Part shown: one piece after another, positions 11,966 to 22,404 of the stretch
Position numbering within the stretch: the stretch's first letter is position 1
Layout: every line of letters begins with the position of its first letter
Assembly: GCF_006345805.1 (NCBI RefSeq)
Contig: NW_021835928.1
Location: 1-36,582, forward strand
Reading direction: 5' to 3'
DNA: 36,582 nucleotides
Origin: Octopus sinensis
Taxonomy: Eukaryota
Position numbers and translations under genes: made by a program
The notes under the pieces: generated by a model
The model's input: only the letters and a program-made list of their open reading frames with translations
Told to the model about the DNA's origin: nothing
The model's database searches: none

Positions 11966-12783
11966 TGTCAGAAGGAACAGTCAGAAATGTTGTCTACAAA
12001 GACATCAGATATAAGTCTTATAAGATGAGGAAAGGTCAATTTGTCGGAAAAAGCAAAAGAAAATCACTACATCAGATCTAAAAGGCTCTTAGACAAACTG
12101 AAAAATCCAGCAGAAGATTTGATTTGTTTTTTTTCAAATGAGAAAAACTTCAACCAAGATCAAAAAGTTATCAGAAGAAATAACTGATGTGCAGACCCTT
12201 CTAAAGTTCCAAGTGTTATGCATACAAAATTTCCTGCAACTGTCATCATTTTAGGGGTTGTCAGCAATGAAGGACATCTGATGCTGCCTTACTTCTTTCC
12301 ACAAGGCCTTAGAGTTAATTCTGCCACCTACATTGAGGTCCTGGAAACAATTATTAAGCCCTGGATAGACAGTGTATGCAATGGAAAGCCATATGTGTTT
12401 CAGTAAGACTCTGCACTATCACACATGGCTCTAGTAACACAGGAATGGATGGCTGAAAATGTTCATGGTCACAAAACCCCTAACGTTTGGCCTCCTAATT
12501 CCCTAGATCTCAATCCATTGGACTACTACATGTAGAACATTGTTGAGAGAGAGGTCAACATGCTGATAACACCAAAGATTCTTTGTCAGAGCCATGTCCA
12601 AAATTAACCAAGACCACTTGATTCAAGCATGTAGATGATTTAGATTTCATATAGAAGCAGTTGTTGAAGATGAAGGTATATTTTTATCCTCATAGCATTT
12701 TTTGAGAAATAAAGTTATTATCTGTTATTATAAATCTGTTTTTTTATGAACATAAATCTATGATCAAATATCTTATACACCCT

Positions 12784-12785
<2 letters not shown>
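11966..12785 (+). mobile_element. Decayed maT (DD37D, Bmmar1-like) transposase fragment
   Basis: Translates ..KSYKMRKGQ.., ..NEKNFNQDQK.., MHTKFPATVIILGVVSNEG.., FQ*DSALSH...WPPNSLDLNPLDYY; 37 residues between the last two Asp. Right end ATACACCCTTG is TIR-like. Confidence 0.85.
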
Positions 12786-12852
<67 letters not shown>

Positions 12853-13312
12853 TTTAATTAATCAATATAAGGGTAGCAAAAAAATTCAAGAAATTCATGT
12901 ATATTATTATTTTGTAGCCTTATCAGACGGTAGTCATTATGGATATATTGGGTTTTGTATATTTTACCCCAGTGTTACTTTGATGGCATGCACTGCTCTC
13001 TCACTCAATAATAATAATAATAACAATAATAATAATGGTTTCAAATTTTGGCACAAGGCCAGCAGTTTCAGGGGATGAGGTATGCCAATTAGATCAATTA
13101 TTATTATTATATATATATATATAATAATAAATATTAGGGAATAAATCCAAATTTACAGGGAAAAATCAGATTTAGGATTGAATCCAATTTTATAGTAAAA
13201 TATTATATTATAATAATTAGAGACAAAACCACTATTATGCAAATCAAACAAAGAAAGACTTAAGCCAATACATAAAATAATTTATATAAATTAAAATTTA
13301 ACAATTATAAAT

Positions 13313-13366
13313 AACCACTACGATCGTTTCGTGTCAGCACATCTTTGAGACATTCTTCAGGTGGTT
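13313..13366 (-). ncRNA. Identical hammerhead ribozyme motif (minus strand, sense to the TEP pre-mRNA)
   Basis: Exact reverse complement of 13450-13503. Confidence 0.78.
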
Positions 13367-13449
13367 TCAAAACCTTCTTGGCGAATTTTAAACTTCTTGG
13401 CGAGTTTAAACCTTCTTGGCGAGTTTTAAACTCGCCAAGAAGGTTTTGA

Positions 13450-13503
13450 AACCACCTGAAGAATGTCTCAAAGATGTGCTGACACGAAACGATCGTAGTG
13501 GTT
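13450..13503 (+). ncRNA. Minimal type-I hammerhead ribozyme motif (plus strand)
   Basis: Stem I AACCAC/GTGGTT; core CTGAAGA; stem II TGTC/GACA; GAAA; stem III AC-GATC-GT; cleavage triplet GUA (cut after 13497). Confidence 0.78.
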
Positions 13504-13601
13504 ATTTATAATTGTTAAATTTTAATTTATATAAATTATTTTATGTATTGGCTTAAGTCTTTCTTTGTTTGATTTGCATAATAGTGAATTTGTCTCTAAT
13601 T

Positions 13602-13642
<41 letters not shown>

Positions 13643-13855
13643 AATTGTTGCTAGTTTGCACCTCTCACTTACAGAGTTTTAGGCACATGTCGCACACATG
13701 TCGTTGTGATGCATGTGCCTAGTGTATCCTTATCAGACGAGTAGTCATGATGAGTATACTGGGCTTCATATATTTTACCCCAATGTCACTTCGATGGTAT
13801 GCACTGCTCTCTCACTCACTAATAATAATAATAATAATGATAATAATAATAATAG

Positions 13856-14705
13856 ATGCAGTACTAGGCAGTGACTCTTGTGGCTTCTGATCTTAACTGA
13901 TTGGAAGTGTTACCATGTACATTGTTTTGTCTGGGTATAAAAGATGGGCCACAGCAAATATTCTGCTCAATACCACAGATTTGCTAATGCCCTGATGCAG
14001 TACCAGGCAGTGGCTCTCATGGCTTCTGATCTTAAATGATTGGAAGTGTTATCATGTACATTGTTTTGTCTTGGTATAAAAGATGGGCTACAGCAAATAT
14101 TCTGCTCAATACCACAGATTTGCTAATGCCCTGATGCAGTACCAGGCAGTGGCTCTCATGGCTTCTGATCTTAACTGATTGGAAATGTTATCATGTACAT
14201 TTTCTTGTCTTGGGGCTACAGCAAATATTCTGCTCAATACCACAGATTTGCTTGTCAGTTGTTTGACCTTAACCAGTTGACCATGTCCCTTAGTGGCTGA
14301 CGATATGTGCATCCCTGATCATGAGCAGAAGTAATGGGGGAGCATCATAGCCATGTGTTGAGAGGGATTCTTTAGGGTTTGAATAATTCACCACTGGAAA
14401 CATGGTTGATACGTTCGACATCCTTAAACAACCCTTATTCAGGGACCTTTTGAGCGGGATGGGTTACTCAACCAGAAGAAAATTCTAACTGGGCCCCACC
14501 TGCAAGGTCATGTGCTGTTTATCTTGATATGAGATCACCATGTCGCGCACATATGGTTGTGATGCATATGCCTGGTGTACCCTTATCAGACGGGTAGTCA
14601 TGATGGATATACTGGGTTTTGTATATTTTACCCCAATGTCACTTTGATGGCATGCACTGCTCTCTCACTCAATAATGATGATAATAATAATAATAATAAT
14701 AATAA
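13856..14705 (+). mobile_element. (AAT)n-tailed retroelement family 5 with a triplicated ~138-bp 5' part; other copies 12918-13030, ~13660-13850, 15275-15783, ~20870-21025 (-)
   Basis: Constant 3' end ...CACTGCTCTCTCACTC(AAT)n with variable 5' truncation. Confidence 0.8.
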
Positions 14706-15785
14706 TGGTTTCAAATTTTGGCACAAGGCCAGCAGTTTCAGGGGATGAGGTATGCCAATTAGATCAACCCCAGTGCTCAACTGGTACTTATTTTATCGAT
14801 CCCAAAAGGATGAAAGACAAAGTTGACCTTGGTGGAATTTGAACTCAGAACATAGAAATGAATGAAACGTCACAAAACATTTTACCACCATGCTAATGAT
14901 TCTACCAGCTTACCACCTTAAATGTAGCGAACTCAGAAAATAGGGGCAGACGAAATACCATTGAGCATTAATAAAGATAATAATAATAATGATGGTGATT
15001 TCATTTATTTGCCACAAGGACAAAGGAAATACAAGATTTTTCAAATTTTGCCACAAGGGCAGCAATTTTTGTGGGGGAGGATAATTTGATTACATCAACC
15101 CCAGTGTTCAACTGGTATTTATTTTATCAACCTTGAAAGGATGAAAGGCAAAGTCAACCTCGGCAGAATTTGAATTCAGAACGTAGTAATAGGTGAAATA
15201 CTGCTAAGCATTTTGCCTGGCATGCTAACAATCCTTCCAGCTTACCACCTTAATAATAATAATAATAATAATAATGTACATTGTTTTGTCTTGGTATAAA
15301 AGATGGGCTACAGAAAATATTCTGCTCAATACCACAGATTTGCTTGTCAGTTGTTTGACCTTAACCAGTTGAGCATGTCCCTTAGTGGCTGACGATATGT
15401 GCATCCCTGATCACGAGCAGAAATAGTGGGGGAGCATCATAGCCATGTGTTGAGAGGGATTCTTTAGGGTTTGAATAATTCACCGCTGGAAACATGGGTG
15501 GTTCTTTCAACATCCTTAAACAACCCTTATTCAGGGACCTTTTGAACGGGATGGGCTACTCAACCTGAAGAAAATTCTAACTGGGCCCCACCTGCAAGGT
15601 CATGTGCTGTTTATCTTGATATGAGATCACCATGTCGCGCAGATATGGTTGTGATGCATGTGCCTGGTGTACCCTTATCAGACGGGTAGTCATGATGGGT
15701 ATATTGGGCTTCGTATATTTTACCCCAGTGTCACTTTGATGGCACGAACTGCTCTCTCACTCAATAATGATAATAATAATAATAT

Positions 15786-16263
15786 GAGACATGTTGTCAT
15801 CTGCTGGTATTGATACATCAATTAGAAAGCATTTTTTTTTTTAGATCATGAAGAAAAAAAATGCTTTCTAATTGATGTATCAATACCAGCAGATGACAAC
15901 GTTTCTCTAAAAGAAATGGAGAAACTTTTAAAATACAAAGACCTGGAAATAGAGGTAACTAGAATGTGGAATCTAAAAACAGAAACAATTCCTATTATAG
16001 TAGGTGCATTTGGCATGATAAAAAAATATTCAGACAAATACATAACAAAAACAGCAGGACTAACAAATATATATAACATACAGAAAATTGCACTACTGGG
16101 CACTGCACACATCCTACGCAAAACACTTTCAATACAGTAACCATCAGAGCATCACAGCAAACCGCAGCACATACCCAAGGCACACAGAGCTGCGCTCGGT
16201 AGTGAAGTGAAAGCATGCAATAAAAATAAAACTACTGAATAATAATAATAATAATAATAATAA
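15786..16263 (+). mobile_element. 3' fragment of an RLE-type (R4/Dong-like) non-LTR retrotransposon
   Basis: In frame 15844-16140: DHEEKKCFLIDVSIPADDNVSLKEMEKLLKYKDLEIEVTRMW...IPIIVGAFG...QKIALLGTAHILRK, the restriction-like endonuclease C-terminus; flanked by (AAT)n. Confidence 0.85.
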
Positions 16264-16446
16264 TCCTTTCTACTATAGGCAACTAGGCTTGAATTTTTGG
16301 AGCAAGGGAAAATTCGATTACATCAACCCTAGTGTTTCACTGGTACTTAATTGATTGACCCTGAAAGGATGTAGGCACAATACATAACAGAACCATGACC
16401 ACCACTACTGCATACAAAGAAACAAAGCTGTAAACCGTAAACTTAC

Positions 16447-16623
16447 CTCCATTGGTGTTTTTCTCAAGTTTCCGTTTTGTTGACGTATCGAGTTGTGATC
16501 GGGCTTCGAGGTACAAGTAGACGAGCACGTTGGGATACAGTGATAGCATGGTCTGTTCCCCACAGCCTGTGGGGAACCTGATCAAATGGTCAAGTCCATT
16601 TAATATTGGTCCCATCATATCAC
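16447..16623 (-). CDS. TEP exon g (thioester exon)
   Basis: Acceptor ttttgtAG, donor GTAAGT; 177 nt, phase 1 to 1. (G)DMMGPILNGLDHLIRFPTGCGEQTMLSLYPNVLVYLYLEARSQLDTSTKRKLEKNTNG(G). Confidence 0.97.
16553..16567 (-). other. GCGEQ thioester motif codons
   Basis: Minus strand reads GGC TGT GGG GAA CAG = G-C-G-E-Q, the canonical beta-cysteinyl-gamma-glutamyl thioester site. Confidence 0.97.
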
Positions 16624-16649
16624 CTACAAAAGGAACATATTTAGGTTAA

Positions 16650-17270
16650 AGACAGGGAGAGAGTGGAGAGCAAGTGAGGAGGAGAGGGAGAAAGAGCAAG
16701 TGAGGAGGAGAGGGAGAAAGAGCAAGAGAGAGAGAGAGAGAAAGCAAGAGGGAAGGAGAAATGGAGAGTAAAGGAAGAGAGAAAAAACATAGGAGGAAAA
16801 AAGAGGTAGAGAAAGAGAGGTAGAGAAAGAGAGGTAGAAGGAAGGAGAGCAAGAGAGAGGGAGGGAGAGGATGGAACGGAGAGATAGAGTGGGAGGGAAA
16901 GAAAGGAGAGAGAGAGAGGAAGGGAGAGGATGGAACGGAGAGATAGGGTGGGAGGGAAAGAAAGGAGAGAGAGAGTAAGAGGGAAGGAGAAATGGAGAGT
17001 AAGGGAAGAGAGAAAAAACAGGAGGAAAAAGAGGTAGAGAAAGAGAGGTAGAAGGAAGGAGAGAGAGAGAGAGGAAAGGAGATGATGGAACGGAGAGATA
17101 GGGTGGGAGGGAAAGAAAGGAGAGAGAGAGAGAGAGGTTAGGAGGGAAATAGAGGAGAGAGGGCAGGAAAGAAAGGGAAGATAGAGGAAAGAGGAAGGGT
17201 GAGAGAGAAGAGAAAAAAGAAAGAGGGAAGGAAAGAATGCAAGAGAGAGAGAGAGAAGAGGGGAAGCTAG
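16650..17270. repeat. GA-rich tract with internal ~240-bp duplication
   Basis: Purine-rich; GGAAGGAGAAATGGAGAGTAA and GATGGAACGGAGAGATAG recur. Confidence 0.85.
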
Positions 17271-17527
17271 ATGAAGTAAAGTGATAGAGATATCATTTAA
17301 TGTCTGTTGTCCATGCTGGCATGGGTTGGACAGTTTGAACAGAGCTGGCAAGGCTGGAGAGCTGCACCAGGTTCCAGTCATCTGTCTCTGTATGGTTTCT
17401 GTGGTCGGATGCCCTTCCTAATGCCAACCACTTTACAAAATGAGCTGGGTGTTTTACATGCCACTCACACAAGTACATTTTATAGGACACCAGCACAGGC
17501 CAATCCTCTTCACCAGGAGCACCAACC

Positions 17528-18235
17528 TTAACACTTCTGCTTTGGAGGATGGGTCTTCTTCAGTACAGCAAGGCACCAGGGATCTTGGTCCTTTCACATC
17601 TTGTCTCAAAGGTACCAGTCTTAACACTTCTGCTTTGGAGGATGGGCCTTCTTCAGTACAGCAAGGCACCAGGTATCTTGGTCCTTTCACATCTTGTCTC
17701 AAAGGTACCAGCCTTAACACTTCTTCTTTGGAGGATGGGTCTTCTTGAGTACAGCAAAGAACCAGGGATCTTGGTCCTTTCACATCTTGTCTGAAGGGTT
17801 CAGCATCCTGGGGTCATCCTTCAGAACCTCATTTCATGTGTTCCTGGGTCTCAATTCCATGAGTTCCATCTACTATGGCAGATTGGCACTTCTTTATATT
17901 ATTGTTGGCATCCATCCACATCAAATGACCAAACAAGCAGTGTTCTCTCTTACATGCTGCATTTAATTCTTCATATGCCTAACTTCTCTCTCAATACACT
18001 TGCACTCTGTTGAACATGTACACTTACACTACACATCCAGTGGAGCATACTAGCCTCATTCCATTCTAATCTTTGCACGTCATCTGCATTCAGGGCCCAC
18101 ATCTCACTACCATGTAGAACTGCTATCCATGTACATGCATCTTACAATCTTCCTCTCACTCAGAGAGAGAGAGAGAAACCTTCAGTTGCCAACAGAGGTA
18201 AAAACCCTCTGAATTTCCTCCATCTTATTCTTATT
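17528..18235 (-). mobile_element. Degraded RTE LINE 3' fragment with its last 93 bp in 3 tandem copies
   Basis: Minus-strand remnants VLHGSEMWALNADDVQRLE, LREKLGI, FGHLM; 93-bp units at 17528, 17621 and 17714. Confidence 0.75.
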
Positions 18236-18872
18236 CTGTGAAGGCGCATGGCTCAGTGGTTAGAGCGTCGAGCTTACAATCGTGAGGTTGTGAGTTCGAA
18301 TCCTGGACTGGGTTGCGTGTTGTGTTCTTAAGCAAGACACTTTATTTTCACATTGCTCCAGTTCACTCATCCATAGAAATAGAGTTGTGACATCACTGGT
18401 GCCAAGCTGTATCGGCCCCTTTCCCTTGGATAACATCAGTGGTGTGGAGAGGGGAGGCCGGTATGCACAGGTGACCTCTGGTCTTCCATAAACAATCTTG
18501 CTTGGACTTGTGCCTGGGAGGGTAACTTTCTAGGTGCAATCCCACGGTCAGTCATGACCGAAGGGGGTCTCAGCTCAGCATTCTTATTATAGCTATCTCA
18601 CTCTCTGTGCACCACTCCCCCACTACTAATTTGGTCCCCTAGGTAGCAGAAATTATCTACTACCTCTAATGAGCCACTGGGACATTTGAAAAAAGCAATT
18701 TCCTAAGTCTGTAATTTTTATAGATCCTGTGTACCTTTCACATATGATCACTACTTTCTCTGATAACCTTTTTCGTGTGTGTGCGTGACCTGAAAAATGG
18801 ACATTAAAATGATGAGAATTTGATTGCATGACATAAAAGAACATTAAACTAGGATTGAACCTGGGAACTTAC

Positions 18873-19011
18873 CAATGACTGACACGGACACAACCTCGGA
18901 TCCCTCCACAACATCCGGTGGATATTCGATATTGACTACTTTCGTGAAAGATTCCTTGGAGGACACATTTACTGACAAGGGCTGACTCATCTCAAATGTA
19001 GAACCTTCTGC
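18873..19011 (-). CDS. TEP exon f (first half of CUB)
   Basis: Acceptor ccacAG, donor GTAAGT; 139 nt, phase 0 to 1. AEGSTFEMSQPLSVNVSSKESFTKVVNIEYPPDVVEGSEVVSVSVI(G) matches (P/A)EG...P..VV.GSE...VSVIG. Confidence 0.93.
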
Positions 19012-19190
19012 CTGTGGACGGATACATAAACAAAAGGGTCAGTGTGGTGGGGGTGTTAGTATAAAGAGGGGACTGTAAGGGTCATTTTCACATTTGACAA
19101 CCTGGCAGAAGTGTTAGACCTCCAGATTAAATCTTTAGCTGCATTTTATATGCCTTCACATTGTGAATTCAAATGTCAGATGTAGAAATG

Positions 19191-19225
<35 letters not shown>

Positions 19226-19248
19226 GAAATAGGTATATTTCTTCATAG

Positions 19249-19410
19249 GCGCAGGAGTGGCTGTGTGGTAAGTAGCTTGCTTACCAACCACATGGTTCCG
19301 GGTTCAGTCCCACTGCGTGGCACCTTGGGCAAGTGTCTTCTACTATAGCCTCACGCAGACCAAAGCCTTGTGAGTGGATTTGGTAGACGGAAACTGAAAG
19401 AAGCCCGTCG

Positions 19411-19453
<43 letters not shown>

Positions 19454-19654
19454 TTGTGTGTCTGTGTTTGTCCCCCTAGCATTGCTTGACAACCGATGCT
19501 GGTGTGGTTATGTCCCCGTTACTTAGCGGTTCGGCAAAAGAGACCGATAGAATAAGTACTGGGCTTACAAAGAATAAGTCCCGGGGTCGAGTTGCTCGAT
19601 TAAAGGCGGTGCTCCAGCATGGCCGCAATCAAATGACTGAAACAAGTAAAAGAG
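19249..19654 (+). mobile_element. tRNA/CORE-like SINE family 1, full copy; others ~4850-5000, ~7372-7515 (-), ~8025-8400 (-), ~11120-11470, ~11680-11830, 20446-20800, ~24107-24320, 26817-27432, ~33945-34250 (-)
   Basis: A box TGGCTGTGTGG, B box GGTTCAGTCC, CORE-like CACCTTGGGCAAGTGTCTT, central (TA)n(TG)n, 3' end GACTGAAACAAGTAAAAGAG. Confidence 0.9.
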
Positions 19655-19659
19655 TATTA

Positions 19660-19865
19660 AGGCAGAGAGCTGGCAGAATGGTTAGTACACCAGGAGAAAT
19701 GCTTAGCAGCATTTTGTCCACCTTGATGTTCTGAGTTCAAGTCCCACCAAGGTCAACTTTGCCTTTCATCCTTTCCGAGTTGATAAATTATGTACCCATT
19801 ACACACTGAGGTCAATGTAATCGGCTATCCCCCTCCACTCAAAATTTCAGACCTTGTGCCAATAG
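19660..19865 (+). mobile_element. SINE family 6; others ~3420-3510 (+), ~14706-14920 (-), ~15040-15250 (-), ~16263-16372 (-)
   Basis: GAGCTGGCAGAA head, GAGTTCAA(A/G)TCC B box, and GGTCRACTTTGCCTTTCATCC body. Confidence 0.8.
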
Positions 19866-20620
19866 TTTCTTTCTTTGTCGCCCTTTTCAAGCCTAGCCAG
19901 GCTCATGGGCCTGGTTTCCCGGTTTCTGTGGCGTATATGTTTACCCCCATCTGGACGGGATGCCAGTCCATCGCAGCATTAGAGAGAGTGAGAGAAAGTT
20001 GTGGCGAAAGAACACAACAGGGGTCGCCACCATCCCCTGCCAGAGCCTCGTGGATCTTTTAGGTGCTTTCGCTCAATAAACATACACAACACCAGGTCTG
20101 GGAATCGAAACTGCGATCCTTCGACCGCGAGTCCGCTGCCCTAATCACTGGGCCATTGCGCCTCCACTGTACCCTTTTAAAGCCTAGCCAGGCTCATGGG
20201 CCCAGTTTCCTAGTTTCAATGGCGTATGTGTTCCCCAGCTGGACAGGACGCCAGTCCATCGCAACGTTACTCATTTTTGCCAGCTGAGTGGACTGGAGCA
20301 ACGTAAAATGAAGTGTTTTGCTCAAGAACACAACGTGTCGCCCGGTCCAGGAATCGAAACCACAATCTTATGATCATGATGCCAACACCCTAACCACTAA
20401 GCCATGCGCCTCCACCCTTGTGCCTATAGTAGAAAGGATTAGGGCATGGCTGTGTGGTTAGGGAGCTTGCTTCCTGGCTATATGGTTCCGGGTTCAGTCC
20501 CACTGCGTGGCACCTTGGGCAAGTGTCTTCTACTATAGCCTCGGGCCGACCAAAGCCATGTGAGTGGATTTGGTAGATGGAAACTGAAAGAAGCCAGTTG
20601 TGTATATATATGTATGTATA

Positions 20621-20658
<38 letters not shown>

Positions 20659-21547
20659 GGCGCGGGCATGGCTGTGTGGTTAGGGAGCTTGCTTCTAGCT
20701 ATATGGTTTCGGGTTCAGTCCCACTGCGTGGCACTTTGGGTAGGTGTCTTCCACTATAGCCCCGAGCCGACCGGAGCTTTGTGATTGAATTCGGTAGGCG
20801 GGAGTTACTGCCGTGTGTGTATGTGTGCGTATAGCTGCTCAGTGCCTCTCCGAAAGAGAGAGAGAGGGGAGTGTGAGAATAGCAGATACATCAAAGTGAC
20901 ATTGGGTTACAAATATACAAAGCCCAATGTACCCATCATGACTTCCCATCTTACCATCTACACCAGGCACATGCATTACAACCGTATGTGCAGGACATGT
21001 GCCTAAAACTCTGTAAGTGGGGAAATTACTTAGTGTTCGTTGGGTGTTACTGAACTCCACAACACTCAATCACTGAGATATTGGCTATTTTTTATGGCAT
21101 GTCTATGATAAAAATCCAACAAGATTTATTTGAATTGTGGTGAACTCTAGTAGTTAGTATGAAAGATTAGCTAGTGCGAATTTTAAGTCGTAATTCTCTA
21201 CGACAAAATGACTTTACTTTCCAATTGTACTATAAAATGCTAAATGTACATAAATAAAATAATGTAGTAATTATTTTCTCTTTCTTCACATTCTTCAACT
21301 TGTTAATGAAATTTATTTCTGCAATTATGAAACAGTGTATTTTTTTATAGCGATGAAAAGAACACAAATTTATTTATCTTCAACATACATGCACACATAA
21401 AATGTCCGTCAGCGTTTCAGAGTATATATTTCTCACTATGGCGTTTATGTAGCTGGAGTCAGGATTTATGTATAACGATAACATTTATAATTAAGTTGTA
21501 AATGACGGGTTTATCATCCCTACTTCAAAAGTAAAATATATTTATTA

Positions 21548-22065
21548 TCTAATCTATATATATAAAACTGTAGTTGTGTGAGTGTCTGTCCCCTTCGATT
21601 TAGATTCCTAACTACTCCCACATTTTGCGGTGCAGTTTAACCAAATTCGGGTATCTTATAGTCGTGATTCATATCGAGCCCGTCTGAGTATTAGCGTGCG
21701 TCTATGATGAGTCTACGATTTTAAAAATAATTTAACATCATTTTTTATTCCATTTTAATGCATAATTTTTCGTGTGTTGATGGTGGTGGAGTTGGCGTCC
21801 ATGGTCACAGCTGCACCTGTTTGCTTCTCCCCCTTCTTCCCTCCCTCGTGAAGCTGTGGGGAAGGGAGTGTAAGGAAATCAACGTCGTAAAGCGTTGTCA
21901 AGGAGACCAGCGTTCTTTTAGAACAACGACTTCATGGCTTGAAGACACCAAAACAGAAATGGCTAAGAAAGCCCGAATTGGCATCTATAAAGGAAGTAAC
22001 TCTCTAAAAATGCTTATATAGTTATTTCCCTTACAAACCCGAGCAACGCCGGGCGATACTGCTAG
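21548..22065 (+). mobile_element. Non-autonomous Helitron
   Basis: A|TC 5' end (TCTAATCTATATATATAAAA); 3' hairpin CCCGAGCAACGCCGGG then ATACTGCTAG|T; no TSD. Confidence 0.82.
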
Positions 22066-22221
22066 TTCCAAATAGGAAACATATAAAAATAGTGTTACAC
22101 AAACAGTAACAAAATGTGACTATAAAGTGGTGACTGGCTATAAAAAATTTAGTGCTCAGTACAATGGTCAAAGCTAGTGTTGCAGAGTGTTCAATGATGT
22201 AATAAATAAAGTTTATCTTAC

Positions 22222-22353
22222 TATGACGTTCAAGTATCTTTGAACCGCATCGGAGTGGCCAGGAATAGAAGCTTGCACCAACACAGGGACTTTGCCAATC
22301 TCTTTTGCTTCCATTTTAAATGTTACGGCAACTTCAGTCTGATCAGCAGCCAT
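22222..22353 (-). CDS. TEP exon e (end of MG7)
   Basis: Acceptor atttAG, donor GTAAGA; 132 nt, phase 0 to 0. MAADQTEVAVTFKMEAKEIGKVPVLVQASIPGHSDAVQRYLNVI contains the conserved DAV.R.L.V motif. Confidence 0.93.
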
Positions 22354-22404
22354 CTAAATAGGGGATAGAACATGTAGCATTAGAGGATAGGGAACAGACG
22401 AAAG

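Larger units (their letters stand above)
13104..13612. mobile_element. Penelope-like element 3' end (pLTR) in inverted duplication
   Basis: 181-bp inverted arms 13204-13384 and 13432-13612 with about 2 mismatches. Each has CCTGAAGA...GAAACGATCGTA followed by an AT-rich tail; flanked by (TA)n/(ATT)n. Confidence 0.78.
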
